A stretch of 64,000 nucleotides of DNA, taken from contig CALUNH010000001.1 of assembly GCA_944321965.1 (NCBI GenBank), positions 92,572-156,571 on the forward strand, read 5' to 3'. Shown here piece by piece: positions 18,172 to 26,017 of this stretch. The notes under the pieces are model-generated. The model was not told where the DNA came from. It saw nothing but the letters and a program-made list of their open reading frames with translations, and ran no database searches. The DNA comes from an uncultured Alistipes sp. GTDB lineage: Bacteria; Bacteroidota; Bacteroidia; Bacteroidales; Rikenellaceae. Position numbers and translations under genes: made by a program. Every line of letters begins with the position of its first letter. Position 1 is the stretch's first letter.

Positions 18172-19218
18172 ATGGCAAAGATCAATTTCGGCGGCGTCGA
18201 AGAGAACGTCGTAACACGGGAAGAGTTCCCGCTGGAGAAAGCACTCGAAACACTCAAAAACGAAACCATCGCCGTTATCGGCTACGGCGTGCAGGGCCCC
18301 GGGCAGTCGCTCAACCTGCGTGACAACGGCTTCCGCGTGATCGTCGGACAGCGCAAGGGATCGAAGAGCTGGGACAAGGCCGTGGCCGACGGCTGGGTGC
18401 CGGGCGAAACGCTCTTCGAGATCGAAGAGGCCGCCGAGCGCGGTACGATCATCCAGTACCTGCTCTCCGACGCGGGCCAGATCTCGGTATGGCCCACCAT
18501 CAAGAAACACCTCACCCCGGGCAAGGCCCTCTACTTCTCGCACGGATTCGGCATCACCTACAAGGAGCGCACGGGCATCATCCCGCCGGCCGACGTCGAC
18601 GTCATCCTGATCGCCCCGAAGGGTTCGGGAACGTCGCTGCGCCGCATGTTCCTCCAGGGCCGCGGCCTGAACTCCAGCTACGCCGTCTTCCAGGACGCTA
18701 CGGGACACGCCATGGAGCGCGTCATCGCACTCGGCATCGGCGTCGGATCGGGTTATCTCTTCGAGACCGACTTCCAGCGCGAGGTCTACTCCGACCTGAC
18801 GGGTGAGCGCGGTACGCTGATGGGCGCCATCCAGGGCATCTTCGCCGCCCAGTACGACACGCTCCGCGCCCACGGACACACCCCCTCGGAAGCCTTCAAC
18901 GAAACCATCGAGGAGCTCACGCAGTCGCTCATGCCGCTCGTCGCCGAAAACGGCATGGACTGGATGTACGCCAACTGCTCGACCACGGCACAGCGCGGTG
19001 CCCTCGACTGGTGGAAGCGCTTCCGCGACGCCACGAAACCCGTCTTCGAAGAGCTCTACGAGAGCGTCCGCAGCGGGAACGAAGCCCAGATCTCGATCGA
19101 CTCCAACAGCAAGCCCGATTACCGCACGAAGCTCAACGAGGAGCTGCGCGAAATGCGCGAAAGCGAAATGTGGCAGGCCGGAGCCGTCGTCCGCAAGCTC
19201 AGACCCGAAAACAACTGA
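18172..19218 (+). CDS. ilvC: Ketol-acid reductoisomerase
   Basis: IGYGVQGPGQSLNLRDNG, SHGF, APKGSG, SDLTGERGTLMG, CSTTAQRG. Confidence 0.96.
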   Translation: MAKINFGGVEENVVTREEFPLEKALETLKNETIAVIGYGVQGPGQSLNLRDNGFRVIVGQRKGSKSWDKAVADGWVPGETLFEIEEAAERGTIIQYLLSDAGQISVWPTIKKHLTPGKALYFSHGFGITYKERTGIIPPADVDVILIAPKGSGTSLRRMFLQGRGLNSSYAVFQDATGHAMERVIALGIGVGSGYLFETDFQREVYSDLTGERGTLMGAIQGIFAAQYDTLRAHGHTPSEAFNETIEELTQSLMPLVAENGMDWMYANCSTTAQRGALDWWKRFRDATKPVFEELYESVRSGNEAQISIDSNSKPDYRTKLNEELREMRESEMWQAGAVVRKLRPENN

Positions 19219-19223
19219 ACGGC

Positions 19224-20900
19224 ATGTGCGGATTTGTAGGATTGTTCGACATCCGGCAACAGTCGGATGCGTTGCGCACCCAGGTGCTGAAAATGTCGAA
19301 GCAGATTCGCCACCGCGGGCCCGACTGGTCGGGAATCTACTGCGGACAGCGGGCGATTCTTTCGCACGAACGGCTCTCGATCGTCGACCCCCAGTCGGGC
19401 CGGCAACCCCTGTACAGCCGCGACGGAAAGTTCGTCCTGGCCGTCAACGGGGAGATTTACAACCACCAGGAGATCCGCGCCGAACTGGCCGGAGAGTATG
19501 AATTCCTGACCGGGTCCGACTGTGAGGTCATCCTCCCGCTCTACCGAAAACTCGGGATCGGACTGCTCGAAAAGATCAGCGGCATCTTCGCCTTCGCGCT
19601 CTACGACATCGAACACGACGAATATCTCATCGCCCGCGACCCGATCGGCGTCATTCCGCTCTACATCGGCTGGGACCGCGACGAGCAGTTCTACGTCGCC
19701 TCGGAACTGAAGGCCCTCGAAGGGGTCTGCACCACGATCCAGCCCTTCCTGCCCGGGCACTACTGGTCGTCGAAGGAGGGCAGGATGGTCCGCTGGTACC
19801 GGCGCGACTGGTTCGACTACGACGCCGTGAAGGAGAACCCGGCCGATATTGCCACGCTCCGCACAGCCCTGGAGGATGCCGTGAAGCGGCAGCTGATGTC
19901 CGACGTACCCTACGGCGTGCTGCTCTCCGGAGGGCTCGACTCGTCGATCATCTCGGCCGTGGCCAAGAAGTTCGCCGACCGCCGCATCGAGAGCGGAGGC
20001 CGCGAAGAGGCCTGGTGGCCGCAGCTGCACTCCTTCGCCGTGGGGCTGGCCGGGTCGCCCGACCTGGCCGCGGCCCGCAAGGTCGCCGACCACATCGGTA
20101 CGGTCCATCACGAGATCCACTACACGATCCAGGAGGGACTGGACGCCATCCGCGACGTGATCTACTACATCGAGACCTACGATGTGACCACCGTCCGCGC
20201 CTCGACGCCGATGTACCTCCTGGCGCGGGTCATCAAGTCGATGGGCATCAAGATGGTCCTCTCGGGCGAGGGCGCCGACGAGATCTTCGGCGGATACCTC
20301 TACTTCCACAAGGCCCCGAATGCACAAGCCTTCCACGAGGAGACCGTGCGCAAGATCGGCCGTCTGCACCTCTACGACTGCCTCAGGGCCAACAAGTCGC
20401 TGGCAGCGTGGGGCGTCGAGGGGCGCGTGCCGTTCCTCGACAAGGAGTTCCTCGACGTGGCCATGCGACTGAACCCCGCGGCGAAGATGGCCGGAAAGGG
20501 CCGCATCGAGAAATGGGTGCTCCGCAAGGCCTTCGAGGACATGCTCCCCGAGGAGATCGTCTGGCGCCAGAAGGAGCAGTTCTCCGACGGCGTGGGTTAC
20601 GGGTGGATCGACACGCTGAAGCGGATCACCTCCGAGGCGGTTTCGGACCGCGAAATGGAGCACGCCGCCGAGCGTTTCCCCGTCAACCCGCCGCAGAACA
20701 AGGAGGAGTACTACTACCGTTCGATCTTCGAGGAGCACTTCCCGTCGCAGACCGCCGCGGCGTGCGTGCCTTCGGTGCCCTCGGTGGCGTGCAGCACGGC
20801 CGAAGCGCTGGCCTGGGACCAGTCCTTCGCCAACTGCAACGACCCCTCGGGACGCGCCGTGCTGGGCGTGCACAACACCGACCTTACCCACGAAATCTGA
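19224..20900 (+). CDS. asnB: Asparagine synthetase B (glutamine-hydrolysing)
   Basis: N-terminal MCG (Ntn Cys), RHRGPDW, HERLSIVD, LLSGGLDSS, SGEGADEIFGGY; starts 5 nt after ilvC. Confidence 0.97.
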   Translation: MCGFVGLFDIRQQSDALRTQVLKMSKQIRHRGPDWSGIYCGQRAILSHERLSIVDPQSGRQPLYSRDGKFVLAVNGEIYNHQEIRAELAGEYEFLTGSDCEVILPLYRKLGIGLLEKISGIFAFALYDIEHDEYLIARDPIGVIPLYIGWDRDEQFYVASELKALEGVCTTIQPFLPGHYWSSKEGRMVRWYRRDWFDYDAVKENPADIATLRTALEDAVKRQLMSDVPYGVLLSGGLDSSIISAVAKKFADRRIESGGREEAWWPQLHSFAVGLAGSPDLAAARKVADHIGTVHHEIHYTIQEGLDAIRDVIYYIETYDVTTVRASTPMYLLARVIKSMGIKMVLSGEGADEIFGGYLYFHKAPNAQAFHEETVRKIGRLHLYDCLRANKSLAAWGVEGRVPFLDKEFLDVAMRLNPAAKMAGKGRIEKWVLRKAFEDMLPEEIVWRQKEQFSDGVGYGWIDTLKRITSEAVSDREMEHAAERFPVNPPQNKEEYYYRSIFEEHFPSQTAAACVPSVPSVACSTAEALAWDQSFANCNDPSGRAVLGVHNTDLTHEI

Positions 20901-20933
20901 CCCCCCTGCCGCAAAAAACGGCTACTCGACACT

Positions 20934-20971
20934 CGGGATCCGAAGGCTTTTGCCTTCGGATCCCGTTTTTT
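20934..20971 (+). terminator. Intrinsic terminator of the ilv-asnB operon
   Basis: CGGGATCCGAAGGC-TTTT-GCCTTCGGATCCCG-TTTTTT. Confidence 0.9.
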
Positions 20972-21060
20972 ATGCGCTTCGTCCCCTTCGGCTTGGCGGT
21001 GCGGGCAAAAATTCCTATCTTTGGGAGATAAAAATCCGTATAAACCAACCAAGACCTGAT

Positions 21061-22167
21061 ATGTACAGTCACGACAACCGGGTGGTCATCACCCTCGACG
21101 CCGGCGGCACGAACTTCGTATTCGGTGCCATGCAGGCCAATCAGTTCATCGTCGAACCCATCACCATGCCGTCGCACGCCGCCAATCTGGACGAGTGCCT
21201 CGCCACGATGGTTGACGGGTTCCGACAGATCATCGCCCGACTCCCGGAGAAACCCGTCGCCATCAGTTTCGCATTCCCCGGCCCGGCCGACTATCCGAAC
21301 GGAATCATCGGCGGATTCCTGCCCAACTTCCCGTCGTTCCGCGACGGTGTGGCCCTGGGACCCTTCCTCGAAGCGACGTTCGGAATCCCGGTCTTCATCA
21401 ACAACGACGGCGACTTGTTCGCCTACGGTGAAGCCCTCGGCGGCGCCCTGCCCGAGATCAACGCCCGGCTCGAAGCGCTCCACAGCCCGAAACGCTACAA
21501 AAACCTGTTGGGCTACACCTTCGGAACGGGATTCGGAATCGGCATCGTCGTCGACAACCGCCTGAACCGCGGCGACAACTCCTGCGTGGAGACCTTCTGC
21601 CTGAAGCACAAGAAGTTCCCCGATATTATCGTCGAGGACGGCGTGGCCGTGCGGGCCATCAAGCGCGTCTACGGCGAACTGAGCGGCAACCCCGACCACG
21701 GGCTCGAACCGAAGGATATCTGCGAAATCGCCGACGGAAAACGCCCGGGCAATGCGGAAGCCGCACAGAAGACCTTCGCGGAGTTCGGCGAAGTGGCCGG
21801 TGACGCCATGGCCACGGCCGTGACGCTGATCGACGGCCTGATCGTCATCGGAGGCGGCATCACCGCAGCCCGGAAGTGGATCATGCCGAGCCTCCTGCGC
21901 GAACTGCGCTCGAAGATCCACCAGTTCGACGGAAACGAGCTCAACCGCGTGCAGATGAAGGTCTACGACCTCGACAACGAGGCCGAATTCCTCGAATTCG
22001 CCCGCGGCGACAACCGCACGCTCAAGGTCTACGGCACGGACCGCTATGTGGCCTACGACCCGCAGAAACGCATCGGCGTGATGATCTCCAAACTGGGCGC
22101 CAGCCGCGCCATCTCGGTCGGCGCCTACGCCTTCGCCCTGAGCCAACTCGATGCACAGAACGCATAA
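21061..22167 (+). CDS. ROK family sugar kinase (possibly a mannose/hexose kinase)
   Basis: TLDAGGTN, FPGPADY, NNDGD, TFGTGFG, IGGGI; TATCTTTG box at 21016-21023; adjacent to manA. Confidence 0.85.
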   Translation: MYSHDNRVVITLDAGGTNFVFGAMQANQFIVEPITMPSHAANLDECLATMVDGFRQIIARLPEKPVAISFAFPGPADYPNGIIGGFLPNFPSFRDGVALGPFLEATFGIPVFINNDGDLFAYGEALGGALPEINARLEALHSPKRYKNLLGYTFGTGFGIGIVVDNRLNRGDNSCVETFCLKHKKFPDIIVEDGVAVRAIKRVYGELSGNPDHGLEPKDICEIADGKRPGNAEAAQKTFAEFGEVAGDAMATAVTLIDGLIVIGGGITAARKWIMPSLLRELRSKIHQFDGNELNRVQMKVYDLDNEAEFLEFARGDNRTLKVYGTDRYVAYDPQKRIGVMISKLGASRAISVGAYAFALSQLDAQNA

Positions 22168-22179
22168 CGACACAAAACC

Positions 22180-23145
22180 ATGTACAAGTTCCAACCGATT
22201 CTGAAATCCCTGATCTGGGGCGGCGAGAAGATCGCCCCGTACAAAGAGATCGCCACCGACCAGCACAACATCGGCGAGAGCTGGGAGCTCTCGGGGGTCG
22301 AGGGCAACGAGTCCGTCGTGGCCGAAGGCCCCGAAGCCGGGACGAAACTCCCCGACCTGCTGGCCCGTCACGGCGCCGCGCTGCTGGGAAAGGCCAACTA
22401 CGAGCGATTCGGCAACGAATTCCCGCTGCTGATCAAGTTCATAGACGCACGTCAGGACCTCTCGATCCAGGTGCACCCCAACGATGAACTCGCCTGGGAA
22501 CGCCACCGCTCGAAGGGCAAAACCGAGATGTGGTACGTCGTCTCGACCGATGAGGACGCCCACCTGCTGTCGGGTTTCTCGAAGCAGGTAACACCCGAGG
22601 AGTATGAAGCCAGCGTCGCCGACAACACCATCACCGACCTGCTGGCCCGGTATGCCATCCGGCCGGGGGATGTCTTCTTCCTGCCCGCGGGCCGCGTGCA
22701 CGCCATCGGTTCGGGATCGTTCATCGCCGAGATTCAGCAGACTTCGAACATCACCTACCGCATCTACGACTACGGGCGGGTGGGTGCCGACGGCAAACCC
22801 CGCGAACTCCACACCGAACAGGCCAAAGGGGCCATCGACTATACCGTGCTGCCCGACTATCGGACGCCCTACACGCCGTGTCGCGACACGCGCGTCGAAC
22901 TGGTCGCGTGCCCCTACTTCACGACGTCGCTCTTCGATCTGACCCGCGAGCAGACGCTCGACCTTTCGGCACGGGATTCGTTCGTGGTGGTGATGTGCCT
23001 CGAAGGGCACGGCACGCTGACCGATGACCGGGGCGAAACGCTTCCGGTGCATCAGGGCGAAACGGTGCTGGTTCCGGCTTCGGCGCAGTCGCTGCGCATG
23101 GTGCCCGACGGCACGATGAAGCTCCTCACGAGCTGGATCGACTGA
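22180..23145 (+). CDS. manA: Mannose-6-phosphate isomerase, type I
   Basis: IWGG, GESWE, FPLLIKFIDA..DLSIQVHP, GKTEMWY, EIQQTS.ITYR.YD, RELH. Confidence 0.93.
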   Translation: MYKFQPILKSLIWGGEKIAPYKEIATDQHNIGESWELSGVEGNESVVAEGPEAGTKLPDLLARHGAALLGKANYERFGNEFPLLIKFIDARQDLSIQVHPNDELAWERHRSKGKTEMWYVVSTDEDAHLLSGFSKQVTPEEYEASVADNTITDLLARYAIRPGDVFFLPAGRVHAIGSGSFIAEIQQTSNITYRIYDYGRVGADGKPRELHTEQAKGAIDYTVLPDYRTPYTPCRDTRVELVACPYFTTSLFDLTREQTLDLSARDSFVVVMCLEGHGTLTDDRGETLPVHQGETVLVPASAQSLRMVPDGTMKLLTSWID

Positions 23146-23153
23146 CCCCCCCC

Positions 23154-23620
23154 ACCCCTTTAAGAAAGGGGTTATGTGGGCTGCTGAGCCTTTAGCGGTT
23201 TCCGAAGCGTGAATCCGCATACGGCCGTCGGTCGGGAGCGGTGATTTGTTCCCGTTCCTTTCAACATTCCTCTGCCCCTAAAACAGGTCTCTTAGGCCGG
23301 CACCTTTTGGTGTCAAAAGGTGCCACCAAAACCAGCCGCAAGTTGCTTTTCCCGGGACCGCAGTTTGGCGGCGCGGAAACGGGCGCCTGACGCGGGTTTG
23401 CAAGCAAACCGGCCCCGTTTCTTCTCGCCCCGCCTGCGCTGCGGCCTCTTTCCGCGAAAAGCAAAGTGCGGCGGTCTACGCGGATTCAGCCGTTGGAAAC
23501 CTTCTGTGGTTCCGCTGCCCTCAAAACCCGGCTCTTAGCCGGGCGCGGAACCGGGCCGGAAACCCCTTGAAGCCACCTCCGCCCATAGAACCGGTTTCTT
23601 AAACCGGCGGCTCTTAGCCG
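23154..23620. other. Highly structured non-coding element (ncRNA or non-autonomous mobile element)
   Basis: Nested long-range complementarity across 23197-23501 plus five hairpins sharing a T-CTT-A apex; no credible ORF. Confidence 0.65.
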
Positions 23621-23638
23621 GGTGCCCACGAAACAAAC

Positions 23639-23671
23639 AATAAAGGCTGCCCCTGCAGGGCAGCCTTTATT
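23639..23671. terminator. Bidirectional intrinsic terminator
   Basis: AATAAAGGCTGCCC-CTGCA-GGGCAGCCTTTATT between convergent units. Confidence 0.85.
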
Positions 23672-23690
23672 CGTATCAACGGTTTCTCGA

Positions 23691-25997
23691 CTATTCGAGC
23701 GTCGAACCGTAACTAGCATACTCGGCACTTACCACAAACTTACCGTTTGCAAGATCGCACGTCGTGAGCGGATCGGAACTTACCTTTGGAACGGTCACTA
23801 CATCGTACGACGAGGGATGGAAGGCCACAGAGATCTCGGAGAAGATCTTCCAGCCCAGACTGCCGTAAGAGATATTGTCCGAACGCACCATGTCGATCGT
23901 CGGCCAGGCCGTATCGTAATTGTTCGTCAGGGCAAAGACAGCCGGATAGGTTGTATCGATCGTCGCGTAGAAGAGGTTGCTCTTGCACAAAATGCTGCCA
24001 AATTTGCTCAGAACGAAGAGCGCCGAGGCATTCACGGTCGTTCCGCTACCGCGCAGGTCGACAAACGTATTCCGCTCGACGGTCAGAGCCATATTGCTCA
24101 GATCCTGATTGTTGGCTGTCAAGAAAGCGGAATTCTTCGTACTGGACTGCGTTGCATAGATGATGCTATTTTCCAGCGTGATACCGGTCAAAATCGAAAG
24201 ATCGAGTTTTCCCGGATTGCTCAGATTGACGACATAAGTCGTCTCCGTACCCGTGTAACGGATCTTGCAGTTGCGGAAAATAATGTTGCCGATCGAACCG
24301 GCTCCATTGTAACCCGTGATCAGACTCTGCTTGGCGTAGATAATCTCACAATCCTCGAAGACCAATGTCCCGATACCGGCATTGTTGCCATTGGAATTGA
24401 ACATATAATTGTCGCTTACAGCCTCAAAGTCCAGCACCAGGTTCTTGAAAGCAAGCGTACCACCGGCATTGCGTAACGTAAGATAACGTCCGAACTTAAT
24501 CGTAGGCTTCGCATCGGCATAACGGCCAATATAAATATTGTCAGCCGGAACACCTATGCTGGATGTCGAAGCCATCTCAAAACCATAATTATCGCTGTTA
24601 TCCTCGCCAATGAAAGAAACAGTCGCCGTATTTGGAGCACTTACGGTCACGTTAGTCTCTGCATCAGAAGCAACCTCCAGCAGGCGAGCGCCCTCGCTGT
24701 TCTGATCATAACGGATGCCGTTAACCTCGACACCAGCCTTGTAGTAGTCGTTCGGGTCCACAGGCTCGGCAGCCGTCGTGGCCGTGGCCGTGGAAACATC
24801 ACTGTACTCATCGCCCATATAGGCCACCACATAGATCGTATACTCCGTCAGGGCTTCAAGACCCTCAACCGTCACGCTCGTAATCGACGCCGAAACTGCC
24901 GTACCGTCAGCATAAACCTTCGCTGCATCCGGGGCCTCAGCAGCATCCGACCTCTGGCAGATATATTTCCAACCGTCGGCATTGGCAATCTGTACATCGA
25001 ACGTCAAAGTCACGTCCGTCGGCTGAACCGTCGTGGACGACGACACCGAAGTAACCGCAGGAGGCTCGGCCTCGATACCCGTGCTCTGTACCTGAATCTT
25101 CGAAATGCACGAATACTTCCCGAACGTGGCAAGGATCGCTACATCCTGCGACGTGTTGGCCGTAGCCCGCGTAGCGGTCGTCCCGGCGGAGGCCAGCGTC
25201 CCCGGAGCCTTCACGTACAAGGAGGCAACCTCATCAACAACTTCGGTCAGACGGGCCGTCCATCCCTCGGGGGCCGTCACAATCGTGTTGTCGATACCCT
25301 TCATCTTCACGATGAAAGAGCGCTCAACACCCGAGTCGAACGACTGAATCCCTTCAATCGGGTTGCCTTCGGCATCGACAATTGCACAAAGTACATCCGG
25401 AACGATCGGGATTTCCAGCTCCACATCGCTGCCCAGCAGCTTGATATAAAGCGTGTCGCCATCGACCCGAACCGTGTCGAAGAACTTGTCGGTCACCGTA
25501 CCGCCGACGGCACTGACATCCTGACCCGACGCATCCTTGACATTCGTCCAACCGTCGCCGGTGTTCACCTGCCAGTAGCCGGTCTCCTCGTCGATCCGGA
25601 ACTCCGGCGTCACACCATCCTCGGCCACGGCGTTCTTGTTCAGCGGAATGAAGGTCTTGCCGCCGTCAACCGAATACTGCCAGTTGCCCTTCGCGTCGAT
25701 CGAAACCACCGGAATCACGGCCTCGGCCTCGCTGCCCTGGGAAAGCGTCAGGGTCGTACCGTCCGTCAACTTGAGAACATAGGCTCCGTCAGACTCCGTA
25801 ACCTCGGAGATCGTGGCGCCGCCGTTATAGAGCGCCTGCAAGGCCTCGACATTGCCGTTCAGGGCATCGACCTGCGTTTCAAGAGCCTGTACGCGACCCT
25901 TCAGATCGTCGATCGCATCCCACAGGTCGTCGTTGTTGTCGCACGACTGAAATGCCGCAGCCGCTGCAACGAAAAACAAAATCAGATACTTTTTCAT
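23691..25997 (-). CDS. Surface lipoprotein: DUF4988 (PL29 N-terminal)-like domain, Fn3-like domain, C-terminal beta-helix-like domain
   Basis: Lipobox FQSC; coiled coil IDDLKGRVQALE; WQYSVDGG; GLEALTEYTIYVVA (Fn3); FEDCEI/FRNCKI/LENSII beta-helix-type repeats. Confidence 0.7.
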   Translation of the reverse strand: MKKYLILFFVAAAAAFQSCDNNDDLWDAIDDLKGRVQALETQVDALNGNVEALQALYNGGATISEVTESDGAYVLKLTDGTTLTLSQGSEAEAVIPVVSIDAKGNWQYSVDGGKTFIPLNKNAVAEDGVTPEFRIDEETGYWQVNTGDGWTNVKDASGQDVSAVGGTVTDKFFDTVRVDGDTLYIKLLGSDVELEIPIVPDVLCAIVDAEGNPIEGIQSFDSGVERSFIVKMKGIDNTIVTAPEGWTARLTEVVDEVASLYVKAPGTLASAGTTATRATANTSQDVAILATFGKYSCISKIQVQSTGIEAEPPAVTSVSSSTTVQPTDVTLTFDVQIANADGWKYICQRSDAAEAPDAAKVYADGTAVSASITSVTVEGLEALTEYTIYVVAYMGDEYSDVSTATATTAAEPVDPNDYYKAGVEVNGIRYDQNSEGARLLEVASDAETNVTVSAPNTATVSFIGEDNSDNYGFEMASTSSIGVPADNIYIGRYADAKPTIKFGRYLTLRNAGGTLAFKNLVLDFEAVSDNYMFNSNGNNAGIGTLVFEDCEIIYAKQSLITGYNGAGSIGNIIFRNCKIRYTGTETTYVVNLSNPGKLDLSILTGITLENSIIYATQSSTKNSAFLTANNQDLSNMALTVERNTFVDLRGSGTTVNASALFVLSKFGSILCKSNLFYATIDTTYPAVFALTNNYDTAWPTIDMVRSDNISYGSLGWKIFSEISVAFHPSSYDVVTVPKVSSDPLTTCDLANGKFVVSAEYASYGSTLE

Positions 25998-26017
25998 AAT
26001 TTATCGTGTGTTGTTAT

